From Bdellovibrionales bacterium (GTDB lineage: Bacteria; Bdellovibrionota; Bdellovibrionia; Bdellovibrionales; UBA1609), in assembly GCA_965261545.1 (NCBI GenBank), contig CBDHDF010000010.1:64001-128000 (forward strand): DNA of 64,000 nucleotides, in the 5' to 3' direction. The position numbers were made by a program, and so were the translations under genes. Below the pieces are notes generated by a model. That model did not search any database, was not told where the DNA came from, and saw only the letters and a program-made list of their open reading frames with translations. Each line of letters starts with the position of its first letter. The stretch's first letter is position 1. Below, one piece after another: positions 10,652 to 20,779 of this stretch.

Positions 10652-10866
10652 TTGTGACCTCTTGTGTGAGACTTGTGAGATTGCATGTTCTTTGTAAAGC
10701 ATCGTTCTTTCAGGTTGAACTCAATATTGGCACAGTTCCCATCATGGACCTGAATCACAAAGCTCCCGTACTTCATAGGGAAGTGTGCTTTCTTGGACAC
10801 ATGTGCAATGAGCCTCTCAACGGCTTCTTTGATGATTATTTCGTCTTTCACATTTTCTAAATTCAT
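10648..10866 (-). CDS. Small protein, DUF2292/YezD-like
   Basis: MKYGSFVIQVHDGNCANIEFNLKER pattern; translationally coupled to the coupling protein. Confidence 0.45.
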   Translation of the reverse strand: MNLENVKDEIIIKEAVERLIAHVSKKAHFPMKYGSFVIQVHDGNCANIEFNLKERCFTKNMQSHKSHTRGHK

Positions 10867-11049
10867 TTGACTGATTCCTTCTTTATTCCTTGTGGAATGA
10901 TTAAAAATGGTATTCGTTTTTTTAATCGCTTCAGTTCACTCGAACTTCTTAGTATTTCTGAGCCTTTTAGAGGCTTCTTAGAAATCCTTAAAATTTCAAA
11001 TTTTTTGAGTCCTTAGGCTTCTATGAATCCCAAGAAATTCTTATAATTC

Positions 11050-11541
11050 CTAGAAACAAACTGCATGTTTCTCTCTTTCCCTCCTTGGCCTATCTTTCCT
11101 TGGCTTTGTGGAGGTCATGCGCTTTATCAGTATCATCCCTAAACTTTTTAGGGCTCGGTCCCTTATGCGAGACACAGCGTAGGCTGAAATTTCCAGTCTC
11201 TCACCTGTTTCTCGTAGATTCAGACCACCCAAGAAGAGAAAATTTAAAACCGCTCTTTGTTTAAAAGTGAGTTCTTTGGTGGCATCGAGCAAATATCTCT
11301 GGAGAACGAGTGACTCCTTTCCATCAAGTATAAAGCAGGTATCACCTGCCTCTTGGGGGTATTCCTCAATAAGAACTGGATCATCTAAGAGAACTTCCTC
11401 CTGGTTGACCTCAATGGTTTTTAGGTAATCCTCCCAAGTTGAGAGGCTCCAACTCTCACAGGATCTTTTGATTTCCTTTTCTGATTTCGGTGTTCTGTCG
11501 GGGCTCAACCATGGCGTTTTATTTTGCATTTTTCTTCTCAT
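11050..11541 (-). CDS. Sigma-70 region-4 HTH protein
   Basis: ELTFKQRAVLNFLFLGGLNLRETGERLEISAYAVSRIRDRALKSL; SD AAGGAGG; no recognisable region 2. Confidence 0.72.
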   Translation of the reverse strand: MRRKMQNKTPWLSPDRTPKSEKEIKRSCESWSLSTWEDYLKTIEVNQEEVLLDDPVLIEEYPQEAGDTCFILDGKESLVLQRYLLDATKELTFKQRAVLNFLFLGGLNLRETGERLEISAYAVSRIRDRALKSLGMILIKRMTSTKPRKDRPRREREKHAVCF

Positions 11542-12557
11542 TTTTCTTGCCTCCTTACTAATAGTGTTTTTTTCAACCGTTTCAACCGGGTGAATTGGGC
11601 CAAATTTTCATCAAAATTTCTGAAGATTTTTATTCATATTTTTGGATAAATTCTCTTAACGTCCTGTTTTTACTAAATATTTCTTCCAAAAAAATCTTAA
11701 AAAATTCTCAGGTTTTATTTCTTCTTTTTATTAAAAAAATATTTTTATATTTTTTTTATGAGATTATTTCTCTAATATTTATAATTTTCTTCTATGAGTA
11801 TTTAATTTTAAATTCCTTGAAACAAAGAATTTTTCCATGGCTAAGAGCACCTCCTTTCTGTAGTTCCAAACTTCCTTTTGAAGGAGTGACAAATTTTGTC
11901 CATTTTTTGTTTAACAGTGATTTCTTTGATGGCATCGAGAAATATCTCTGATCGGGCAACTCCCTGGCATCCAGTATGGATTTATGGAAGGCATCACTTG
12001 CCTCTTGGGAGTATTCCTCAATAAGAACTGGGTCATCTAAGAGAACTTCCTCTTGATTAATTTCAGTGGATTTTAGATAGTCTTCCCAATCTGAGGGACT
12101 CCAACTTTTACAGGACCTTGTGATTTCCTCTTCTGATTTCGGTGTCCCGTCTGGGTTCAACCATGGCGTTTTATTTTGCATTTTTCTTCTCATTTTTCTT
12201 ACCTCCTTACTAATAGTGTTTTTTTCAACCGTTTCAACCGGGTGAATTGGGCCAAATTTTCATCAAAATTTCTGAAGATTTTTATTCATATTTTTGGATA
12301 AATGTTATTAACGTCCTGTTTTTACTAAATATTTCTTCCAAAAAAATCTTAAAAAATTCTCAGGTTTTATTTCTTCTTTTTATTAAAAAAATATTTTTAT
12401 ATTTTTTTTATGAGATTATTTCTCTAATATTTATAATTTTCTCCTATGCGTATTTAAATTTTAAATTCCTTGAAACAAGGGATATTTCTATGATTAAAAG
12501 CACCTCCTTTCTGTATGTTCCAAACTTCCTTTTGAAGGAGTGACAAATTTTGTCCAT
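11257..12557. repeat. Tandem duplication with a ~650-bp unit (about 11257-11903 and 11904-12557)
   Basis: Near-identical AT-rich upstream blocks (11542-11790 vs 12194-12442) and gene 5' halves. Confidence 0.85.
11792..12193 (-). pseudogene. Truncated duplicate of the sigma region-4 gene
   Basis: N-terminus nearly identical (MRRKMQNKTPW...EEVLLDDPVLIEEY). Frameshifts near 11940 and is cut at the duplication junction (~11904) before the HTH. Confidence 0.7.
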
Positions 12558-12683
12558 CCTGTTTATCTTTAAATCTAAGAAGTCAGAACTCATTGATCTT
12601 TCTTCTTTCAAGAAGTGACAAATTTTGTCCATCCTATTTACCTTTAAATCTAAGAAGTCAGAACTCATTAATCTTTCTTCTCT
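12540..12683. repeat. 75-bp tandem repeat (2 copies) carrying the palindrome GACAAATTTTGTC
   Basis: Units start at 12540 and 12615; a third copy of the palindrome lies near 11888. Confidence 0.85.
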
Positions 12684-12692
12684 CTATGACTA

Positions 12693-12710
12693 TTGCTAAA
12701 AACATGCCAA
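12693..12710 (-). promoter_or_regulatory. Putative sigma-54 (-24/-12) promoter facing the left T4SS region
   Basis: Minus strand TTGGCATGTTTTTAGCAA gives GG-N10-GC, close to the TGGCACG-N4-TTGC consensus; divergent from a GAFTGA activator. Confidence 0.55.
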
Positions 12711-12945
12711 TAGGTTAAATTCTTTAAACATCTGTTATTACAAATGAAATTGGGATTTATAAAATTATTATCACTTCAAAAAACATTCTATATTCTGAAT
12801 TTTAAACGTAAATAAATTTCAAAACAGAATTTTATAAAAACAATTTTTGTATTTTTATAAATTTATTTATGTTTTTTCTTAGAAATGAGAAATAAATATT
12901 TGAATTATACTTTAAAATAAGATATATTTATTTTAACCACTCACC

Positions 12946-13084
12946 ACTGCCTCTCTGTAAGAAGAAAGATGTAGAGCTACAAACTCACATATTTGACTTC
13001 TGAATCCAAGGGGAGGCGAGCAGCTACAAAAAAAATAAATGTTTGAAACTTCCTAGTTGCATACTGCCTCTCTGTAAGAAGAAA
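12946..13084. repeat. 22-bp perfect direct repeat ACTGCCTCTCTGTAAGAAGAAA
   Basis: Copies at 12946-12967 and 13063-13084 in the divergent intergenic region. Confidence 0.85.
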
Positions 13085-13226
13085 ATGGAAGTTATTGGAT
13101 TGGTAACTTATTTTTCATCGTAAAGATGGAAAAAAATGAATTGTTATTGAAAAAGAAAATTTGATTGTTCAAAGAATAGGTAAATAAAAATAGTAAGAAA
13201 CGATAGGCAAGAAGGTAGATTGAAAA

Positions 13227-14774
13227 ATGGAAAATATTAGTATTTTAATAGTTGATGATAATGAATCCGCCCGATTGAGCCATCAACTCTCCGTGAATAC
13301 TCTATTTAAAAGCTATGAATCTTCAAAGTTAAAAGTATACTTGGCTTCCGATGCTGAAGAAATGCTCCTTTATCTAAAGTCTGAAAAATTTCATGTTGTT
13401 CTTCTCGATCATAATCTTGGTGAAGATAATGATGGCGAAATGGTAGATGGAGTCAGCCTCATACCCTCAATCCTTAAAATACAGCCCAACACAAGAATTC
13501 TTGTCATTACATCGTTCCAAAAGCAGAGTCAAATGACCCAGCTTGCAGTGCAAGCCATGGAAAATGGAGCGAGAGGATTTATCACCAAGGGAACCAGTGA
13601 TGAAGAGATCAAGTATAAGAATCAACAGATTCTAAACGCTCTTCAAGAAGCTCAATTTGAAATTGAATCTTTACAAAGTCAATTTATTCCTTCAGAGATG
13701 GGTGATGACTATATATGTAAGTCAAAGGCTATGAGACGAATTGACACACAGATTAGATCCTTATCAGAGGTTAATGCCCCTGTTTTATTTTTAGGATCCT
13801 CTGGTCTAGGTAAGACTCATGCCGCAAAAAGGCTCAATGAACTATCTCGTATTTTTTATAACCAGACAAAAAGGCCATTTGCTAATATCAACGTCAATGC
13901 TTTGTCAGAAAAACTGATTGAGTCTGAGCTTTTTGGTCACGAAAAGGGAGCCTTCACAGGGGCTATCAAACAAAAACAGGGCTTATTTGAATTGGCGTCA
14001 GGTGGAGATATTCTTTTGGATGAAATTGGTGATGCCTCTTTAGATCTACAGGCGAAACTCTTAAAGGTTGTTGAAGAAAAGACTTTTCGTCGAGTTGGTG
14101 GGGAACAAGATATAAAAAGCAGTGCAAGGATTATATTTGCAACCAACAAGAATTTAGAAGAAATGGTTGAAAAATGTAAGTTTAAGTATGATCTGTACGG
14201 GCGTATTTGTGCATTTAAAATTCAAATGCCAGAACTTAAGAATAGGAAACAGGATATACCATATATTTGTGAAAATATTGCTCAAAAATTAAAGAAAGAA
14301 CATCATTTATCTATCTCATACAACGACTTTCCTTCTTTATTAAAAGAATATTTTCAGAGGGATGACATTCCATTCAATATCAGAGGGATCAGAAATGACC
14401 TCGAAAGACTGATGTTCCTTTGCCCGAAGAAAAAAAATGGGTCCATTGACTATACTAAGTGGGGCAGTGTTTTAGGCTATGAAACGACTATGGAGATTGA
14501 AAGTAGAAATTCCAATGATATTCATAAATTAATGGATATTATAATTTCTCAAATTGGTGAAATTGGATGGCCTGGTATTTCTGCTTTGAAGGACAGGTTA
14601 GAGCAAAAAGCCTTCATTGCGGCCTACAAGAAGTATCCGAAGAATACACAACGAGCTAAGGCACTTGGTTTGTCAGCATCTGTAGCTTCAACAAAGATCA
14701 AAAGATATTTAAAGAAAGATAATTATTTAAAGGAAGAAAATAGAAAAGAAGAAAAACAAAAAATGAGTGTATAA
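13227..14774 (+). CDS. Sigma-54-dependent response regulator (NtrC family)
   Basis: Receiver domain (ILIVDD, VLLD) plus AAA+ domain with GSSGLGKT, ESELFGHEKGAFTGA, LLDEIGD, RRVGG, RIIFATN. Confidence 0.93.
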   Translation: MENISILIVDDNESARLSHQLSVNTLFKSYESSKLKVYLASDAEEMLLYLKSEKFHVVLLDHNLGEDNDGEMVDGVSLIPSILKIQPNTRILVITSFQKQSQMTQLAVQAMENGARGFITKGTSDEEIKYKNQQILNALQEAQFEIESLQSQFIPSEMGDDYICKSKAMRRIDTQIRSLSEVNAPVLFLGSSGLGKTHAAKRLNELSRIFYNQTKRPFANINVNALSEKLIESELFGHEKGAFTGAIKQKQGLFELASGGDILLDEIGDASLDLQAKLLKVVEEKTFRRVGGEQDIKSSARIIFATNKNLEEMVEKCKFKYDLYGRICAFKIQMPELKNRKQDIPYICENIAQKLKKEHHLSISYNDFPSLLKEYFQRDDIPFNIRGIRNDLERLMFLCPKKKNGSIDYTKWGSVLGYETTMEIESRNSNDIHKLMDIIISQIGEIGWPGISALKDRLEQKAFIAAYKKYPKNTQRAKALGLSASVASTKIKRYLKKDNYLKEENRKEEKQKMSV

Positions 14775-14794
14775 ACTCAAAGGAGAAACATGTT

Positions 14795-15706
14795 ATGAAA
14801 AAAGAATTGTTATTATTTAAAATATTAAAGAATTTATTCACAAGAACTCTTATCCAAAATGGTAATTCTAAAAGAAATTTTATCGTTTCATTGAGCGTTC
14901 TTATCATCCATGCATGGGCTATTAACGCCAATACCACAGAAGATACTACAAAAAGTGGGTCACAAGACACTCTGCAAATAAAAGGAGAGGATGGAAGTAC
15001 CTATTCACCAGATGATTACTACATTGGTGTTTTTGTGGGCCAAGCCAAAGGGCAGAATACACACGTTGATACAGAAGGATTTGCCAATTGGGGAAATCCA
15101 GGAGCTTCTACCGACTATTCCGACACAGGGTCTGTTGGTGGTTTACTCATTGGAAAGCAGTTGAGAATTAACGGTGTCCCTGTTCGGATTGAACTGGATG
15201 GTACCCTTGGTGACATCTCGGCAAGCACAAACAAGCTCGATCCAAAGGGCTTAGACGAAACAGCCACTTCAGAGATTCCGTGGCTGGTCACCTTAAAGGC
15301 CGGTATTGAGCATCAACTGGGGCCTGCCACTTTGTTTGCCAACGGAGGCTTAGCGGTGGCTCGAATTAACAATTCTGTGATTGATATTGATTTTGGTCCA
15401 AATACACCTGCACACAGGGATCTTGATGATTCTTTCACTGACAGCTCCACTCAACTAGGTTGGGTTGTGGGAGTCGGAGGAGAAGTGCCTTTAAATCAAG
15501 AAGCTAAAGGATCTTCCCACAAAGATGGAGCCTGGCTTTTACGGATGGAAGGCTCTTATATCAATTTAGGAGAGCAAGATTATAGCGTCAATCATTCAGG
15601 AAATAATAGTTGTGGAGCAGGTGGGCCTCGCAGACCTTGTTCTTACAGTATTAAAAACGAAGTAGGAATGATTCGCTTAGCTATTATTCGTCGATTCTCT
15701 TTGTAG
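14795..15706 (+). CDS. Outer-membrane beta-barrel protein (Omp25/RopB-like)
   Basis: Signal peptide; YIGVFVG, GGLLIG, LFANGGLAVA, GWVVGVGGE, WLLRMEGSYINLG; aromatic C-terminal strand. Confidence 0.75.
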   Translation: MKKELLLFKILKNLFTRTLIQNGNSKRNFIVSLSVLIIHAWAINANTTEDTTKSGSQDTLQIKGEDGSTYSPDDYYIGVFVGQAKGQNTHVDTEGFANWGNPGASTDYSDTGSVGGLLIGKQLRINGVPVRIELDGTLGDISASTNKLDPKGLDETATSEIPWLVTLKAGIEHQLGPATLFANGGLAVARINNSVIDIDFGPNTPAHRDLDDSFTDSSTQLGWVVGVGGEVPLNQEAKGSSHKDGAWLLRMEGSYINLGEQDYSVNHSGNNSCGAGGPRRPCSYSIKNEVGMIRLAIIRRFSL

Positions 15707-15843
15707 TGATTTTTGTAACTATCCCCTTGGCTTCAAAAAGAAGCCTTTGGGTTTGCTCCTTGTCTTTCTATTTTTACAGAGGGGTAGAGTCGAATAGTTA
15801 CTGATTTTTAAGATTATATATAAAATTAATGGAGAAATGAGTC

Positions 15844-18800
15844 ATGATGAAAGAGAAGAATATAAATTACAAAATAAACCATAAGATAAATCATAAAGTA
15901 AAGGACGTCATTCTCTTTGCACTTATGACATTGCTTTTTGGATGTTCAGCCATCAAAGATGACAAAATCAGCAAAGAAGAGATGATAAATAATCTTTTTG
16001 AATCTATTGCCACCAAGGATACAAAGGCGACTCATTCTCTTATAGAAAATAAGGTCGATATTAATGCTTATGATTCTGAAGGATACACTCCTTTGATGAG
16101 AGTTGTTAAATCTTACGATTCAAATTTAGCTGAAAAACTCATTCATTCTGGGGCTAAGATATACCAGCCTCATAAAAAATATGAGCATCTAACAGCTCTT
16201 TCTATGATTAGTGATGGTGAAAGAGAAATGAAAAGAATTTTTACTAATGAAATAAAGCGATATGGTACGCTTGTCGAAGAGCTTATCGTGGCTGCTAAAT
16301 ATGATAAAGCGGTAAAGTTAAGTGAATCTCACCACCTTCCTGTAGATCTTATGATGCCTGACCATCAAGGTACATCAATTCAACTTATGTCCAAAGTCTA
16401 TACGACCCAAGGAAAAGGCAAGGAGGATGTTGGGGCTATTGAATATGTGAGATATATTTTGAAGAATGTAAGATTTAAACCAAATTACCTTGTTGAGAAT
16501 GAAAATAGTTTCAGAATTATAAGACGAGCCATCGGTTACGATCCTTTGATGTTAGAAATTAAAGATACTTATATGAATACCAAGGGGTCTGTAAAGATGC
16601 AGATTGCTGAGGTCGATCAAACAGATATTCATTGGCTCACCCTCAAACTTAGGTTTATGGGGCATCAAGGGCAATCTATTCCTTTGGACGATTCACATAT
16701 AAATATATATACGAGTGTCATAGAGTCCCATGTCTCAAAATATTCTGACCAGTGCAAGACCTTAGTCCATGCTATCTTGGCAAATTCCAAGGTAAATGAG
16801 AATAAAGTAAAATTTATTGGAAAAACTCTCGATATGCTTCTTTCCAATGCAAAAGAAAGCAAGGCTTCTTTTTATTTAGCGCAAAATGTATTGGAAGCAT
16901 GGAAATCTGATGATTTGCCTAAGTCAAAAGATATTTTTAGTAAAAAAATATTAGCTCTCTTACAAGCTGTGGAATCCAGTGTAAATAATTATAAACTTAA
17001 GGATGTTACTCATCTAATAAGTCATATTTTTGACTTTACATCTTATGATCGACGCAGAGGGAATAAAGAGCATCTTCAATTTCTTGTTTCAAGTGATTTA
17101 AAAAGAGATCAAAAAATTGGTATTTTAGAAGCAATAGTTCTATTAGATGATGACGGGCTGCCTTGGAATTTTTTTAGTTATGCGATAAAAGAAGGTGGGA
17201 TGAGTGCTATTGAAATGGTGGCATCTTCCAATATTAATTATGCACCAGAAAGACAAGAGGATTCCTTAGAGAAGGCACTCTCTCATAGCCGTTCAGGACA
17301 GGAAGCGAAATCCATGCTTACACTTCTGGATAAAATGGAAGTTGGTTTCTTGAACGATCATGGAAAAAAGGCTTTAAGAATAGCCTTTGAAAAGCTATGG
17401 AGTGGAGATGAAAGCTATAGGGAACCAATAAATTTCTTTTTATCAGATAAATCATCTATTTTTCCAATAATGAGTGATGAGGAAATCATTTATCTTCTAA
17501 AAGGTCAGATTCAATTTATCAAAAAAGAAAAAGGAAAATTTGATATAATAGAAAAATTGCTAACCTCTATTGATAGGAAGTTTGACTCAAAATCATATAA
17601 TTACAATAATACGGTGCACTATAATATCGCTAACCTTGATTTTACTGTCGAGGAAGGTGCTTCAGCGAGAGTGAGTCTGCTTTGGGATTATATTCTCGTT
17701 GCCCATAGTTTGTATAAGGATTCTACTCAAAATATATTAAAAATAAAAAATATTCTCTCACTTTTACTTTCTAAATTTCCAGATGAAAATTTCTCTATTT
17801 CTTTATCTTTTAATAGAAAAAATATATATGAAACAATAGAAAAAAGAGAATCTAATTCTGTATTTAGCCGCATACTTCCTCTATCATTTATTTTATCTAT
17901 TGACTCAGAAATAATAGAATCAGCTCTTTCTGTAGAACATTCTAAAGAAAATAAGACTGATGGCATCCATATTGATCGAAATTTTCCAAATTTCTCCTGG
18001 AACGCCTTTTTATCAGGAGGATTTTACAAATATTACTCAGTTGAAAATAAATTTTGGGAGATTATCACTGAAATCATTCTCAATTCGGGGCATAGCTTTG
18101 ATCTTCCAGATGATCGTTCTTCTATAGACCTCATAAAAGTAGTGTTGCAATCAGGTAAAATGTCGATATACCCTGATTTATCTAATAGACTTATTAAAGA
18201 AAACATCTCCATTCCCGACAATCAAAACCTGTGTTCCATAGATAAAGAGAAAATAGATTCTTCAAGTATTCCAAAAGTAAAATATGAGAACGCCTCCTCC
18301 AATGACCCTCTTACTATAGCCCCTTATTGGTCTCATTTAGGTGTTTTTGAAGCCCTAAGACCTCTTAAGAAAAAAACTTGCCAAATGCGTAAGATTTCAG
18401 AAGAAGAAATCTATTTTCTTAAACAGTTTATTAAAGCCAATGCATCAACCCATATGCTTGAAAATAAACCCATCGTATGGAAAGATTTTGATAGAAAAAC
18501 CAAATATTACACACCCAAAGAAAGTCATTGCACTGACCCAGGTTTCACCTACAATAGGAGTTTAGTTAATTTAAGTACTTATTATTCTTCAATAGGAGAT
18601 TTAGTTTCTCCCAGGGAATATAAAGTAGGAGAAGGGGCTTTGTTATATGAGCTTAATTCTCAAGACAGACAATGTTATGTCTACTTTCCAAATGAACAGG
18701 TTAAGTCAACAGCCATAAGGCAGTTTTTGAGTTCTTGGTATAGCTGTTCTGTACAAAGACATGACGAAAATCTCATCAAAGTTTTCAAAGAACTTGAAGA

Positions 18801-18873
18801 GCAGCTTCAAATCCAACCTATGAACGAGTCTTCCATTAAAGAAGTTTATACTTGCCAGTGGAAGAGTTTATGA
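15844..18873 (+). CDS. Large lipoprotein with N-terminal ankyrin repeat(s)
   Basis: Lipobox LFGC; DINAYDSEGYTPLMRVVKSYDSNLAEKLIHSGA ankyrin motif; long helical remainder not recognised. Confidence 0.7.
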   Translation: MMKEKNINYKINHKINHKVKDVILFALMTLLFGCSAIKDDKISKEEMINNLFESIATKDTKATHSLIENKVDINAYDSEGYTPLMRVVKSYDSNLAEKLIHSGAKIYQPHKKYEHLTALSMISDGEREMKRIFTNEIKRYGTLVEELIVAAKYDKAVKLSESHHLPVDLMMPDHQGTSIQLMSKVYTTQGKGKEDVGAIEYVRYILKNVRFKPNYLVENENSFRIIRRAIGYDPLMLEIKDTYMNTKGSVKMQIAEVDQTDIHWLTLKLRFMGHQGQSIPLDDSHINIYTSVIESHVSKYSDQCKTLVHAILANSKVNENKVKFIGKTLDMLLSNAKESKASFYLAQNVLEAWKSDDLPKSKDIFSKKILALLQAVESSVNNYKLKDVTHLISHIFDFTSYDRRRGNKEHLQFLVSSDLKRDQKIGILEAIVLLDDDGLPWNFFSYAIKEGGMSAIEMVASSNINYAPERQEDSLEKALSHSRSGQEAKSMLTLLDKMEVGFLNDHGKKALRIAFEKLWSGDESYREPINFFLSDKSSIFPIMSDEEIIYLLKGQIQFIKKEKGKFDIIEKLLTSIDRKFDSKSYNYNNTVHYNIANLDFTVEEGASARVSLLWDYILVAHSLYKDSTQNILKIKNILSLLLSKFPDENFSISLSFNRKNIYETIEKRESNSVFSRILPLSFILSIDSEIIESALSVEHSKENKTDGIHIDRNFPNFSWNAFLSGGFYKYYSVENKFWEIITEIILNSGHSFDLPDDRSSIDLIKVVLQSGKMSIYPDLSNRLIKENISIPDNQNLCSIDKEKIDSSSIPKVKYENASSNDPLTIAPYWSHLGVFEALRPLKKKTCQMRKISEEEIYFLKQFIKANASTHMLENKPIVWKDFDRKTKYYTPKESHCTDPGFTYNRSLVNLSTYYSSIGDLVSPREYKVGEGALLYELNSQDRQCYVYFPNEQVKSTAIRQFLSSWYSCSVQRHDENLIKVFKELEEQLQIQPMNESSIKEVYTCQWKSL

Positions 18874-20243
18874 AAAAGCCTGTGAAGAAGACGGAAAGAC
18901 CCATTTTTATCGTACTGCCTATTATTGTTTGTTTCATGGGCCTATCTTACATGTTCTTTTTATCCTTAGGCTACGACAAAGTAAAGGAGGATGTTGATAA
19001 TTATGTCGTTCAATGGGAGCAGGACATCGCTCATAATATTTTTTCTAAAGAGAATCCAGTTCTTTTAAAAAAGATATTTGAGGGCTTGAAGGCTTATCCA
19101 TTATCTAAATTTGAGCTTATCGCTGAGAAGAGACGAGTGCTTTCTTGGAGTGAAGACAAGTTGCCTGGTGGTGATTGTGACCCAGATCAAAAGATTGAGA
19201 GCCTTTTGACCTTCAATGGGCTACATTTAGGTAAGATAAAGTCTTGTATTTCAAAGGCGAAGGTTGCAAAATCGACTTTCTTTTCTCCATCATTTCTTTT
19301 CATCATATTAATCACGATATTTTTATTGTTTATTTCAGCCTTTATACCTCTTTACAGATATAAGAAGTCTCTTAATGCCATTATTGGTATATTAAAAAAT
19401 TGGCCACCCCATGAGGACTATTCAGACTTCCCAGAAAATAAGGATAAAATCACTCAGGAAGTTGTTGGGTTAGCTCGTAAAGCTATATCCACAAGACTGA
19501 ATCTAGAAGACGTACAGTCAGCGTTAAAGACTGAAAAAGAAGTGAATCGCATTATTTATCAAGTCGCCCATGATATTGTGAGTCCTTCGTCAGAACTCAA
19601 AGAAGCTATGAAGGGAGACTTGACACGAAGAGAGGTGAATGAGGTCATTCACTCGTCTATTCAGAGGATCTGTGAAGTCAGCCAAGATTTATTGAATCCC
19701 AGTAGTAAAAATAGTTATAGATTGGATCAAGTAAGGTCCACTGATATATCATGTATTACAAAAGAAATCCTGCGTGATAAGAGGGTTTGTTATAAAGATA
19801 TTCAGTTTAAATTAAATATTAAAAATGATGTGAGGGCTCTTTGCTCCCCTGCTGTTTTTAAAAGAATCTTATCAAATCTAATTAATAATAGCATAGAAGC
19901 CACCCCAGAACGCCAAATAGGGTCCATTGAGTGTTCCTTATTTCAAGAGGAGGAAAGTCACTCTTGTAAGATCATTATCTCTGACAAAGGTCGAGGCATT
20001 CCTACAGAGAATATGGATAAGGTGTTTGACGAATATTTTACCAGTGGGAAAAAGTCTGGCAATGGCTTGGGTCTTTATTATACAAATAAGAAGGTGAAAG
20101 AATGGGGTGGAGATATAAAGCTGCACTCACGGGTTGGAGAAGGCACGACAATGACGATAACTCTTCAATCTCGTTTTCTTAAGAATAAGAATCTAAGCAA
20201 AATGATTCCAGAAAATCAAGCAAGGACAAGGAGGGCATTGTGA
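18870..20243 (+). CDS. Membrane sensor histidine kinase
   Basis: Two TMs, H-box QVAHDIVSP, N-box NLINNSIEA, G1 DKGRGI, F-box VFDEYFT, G2 GNGLGL; ATGA overlap with the ankyrin gene. Confidence 0.92.
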   Translation: MKKPVKKTERPIFIVLPIIVCFMGLSYMFFLSLGYDKVKEDVDNYVVQWEQDIAHNIFSKENPVLLKKIFEGLKAYPLSKFELIAEKRRVLSWSEDKLPGGDCDPDQKIESLLTFNGLHLGKIKSCISKAKVAKSTFFSPSFLFIILITIFLLFISAFIPLYRYKKSLNAIIGILKNWPPHEDYSDFPENKDKITQEVVGLARKAISTRLNLEDVQSALKTEKEVNRIIYQVAHDIVSPSSELKEAMKGDLTRREVNEVIHSSIQRICEVSQDLLNPSSKNSYRLDQVRSTDISCITKEILRDKRVCYKDIQFKLNIKNDVRALCSPAVFKRILSNLINNSIEATPERQIGSIECSLFQEEESHSCKIIISDKGRGIPTENMDKVFDEYFTSGKKSGNGLGLYYTNKKVKEWGGDIKLHSRVGEGTTMTITLQSRFLKNKNLSKMIPENQARTRRAL

Positions 20244-20779
20244 GCTACATTTCATTAAGAAATCAATTATTAGTGGTCATATTGTCGATGACTTTAGCCT
20301 CTTGTGCCACAAACTCGCAGTCAAGGTGGGTGACAATAGGGATTGCGGCCCCCATTGGGGCCGGAGTTGGAGCCTTATCGGCCCCCCGTAAAGAAAAACC
20401 AGAGTTTCATGCCTTAACCTGGGGTGCTCTCTTTGCAGCGGGAGCTGCTATTTTTGGAAACTATTATTATAATGATGATAAGGAAATTGAACGCTTGAGA
20501 TCGGAACTGGACCTTCTTAAGAACCCCCAACTGGAAATCCTTACTCAGGGAGAAGGATATTTCAAAGACCCAATCACGGGAAATAAATCAGAAAACCTTG
20601 TAAAATGGAAGATTTATAAAATCGACAAATGGGTGTCTGATGGTAAAAATACCAAATATCACCAAGATTTAATGGCTACAACAGAGAAAGTAGAGGCAAA
20701 AAAGGAGGGGTATAAAATACCTTTAAAAAATCCTCCCATAAAAAATAATAAAAATGAAAAGGGTGGGGAAAATGACTAA
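20240..20779 (+). CDS. Glycine-zipper lipoprotein with the architecture of the T4SS lipoprotein at 50768-51436
   Basis: Lipobox LASC, two Gly/Ala-rich helices, C-terminal WKIYKIDKWVSDGKNTKYHQD beta-hairpin. Confidence 0.55.
   Translation: MSYISLRNQLLVVILSMTLASCATNSQSRWVTIGIAAPIGAGVGALSAPRKEKPEFHALTWGALFAAGAAIFGNYYYNDDKEIERLRSELDLLKNPQLEILTQGEGYFKDPITGNKSENLVKWKIYKIDKWVSDGKNTKYHQDLMATTEKVEAKKEGYKIPLKNPPIKNNKNEKGGEND

Noticed and set aside
11595..12543. Plus-strand ORFs 11595-11951 and 12247-12543 as membrane proteins
   Set aside because: F/I/L/K-rich translation of the duplicated AT-rich upstream region of the minus-strand genes.
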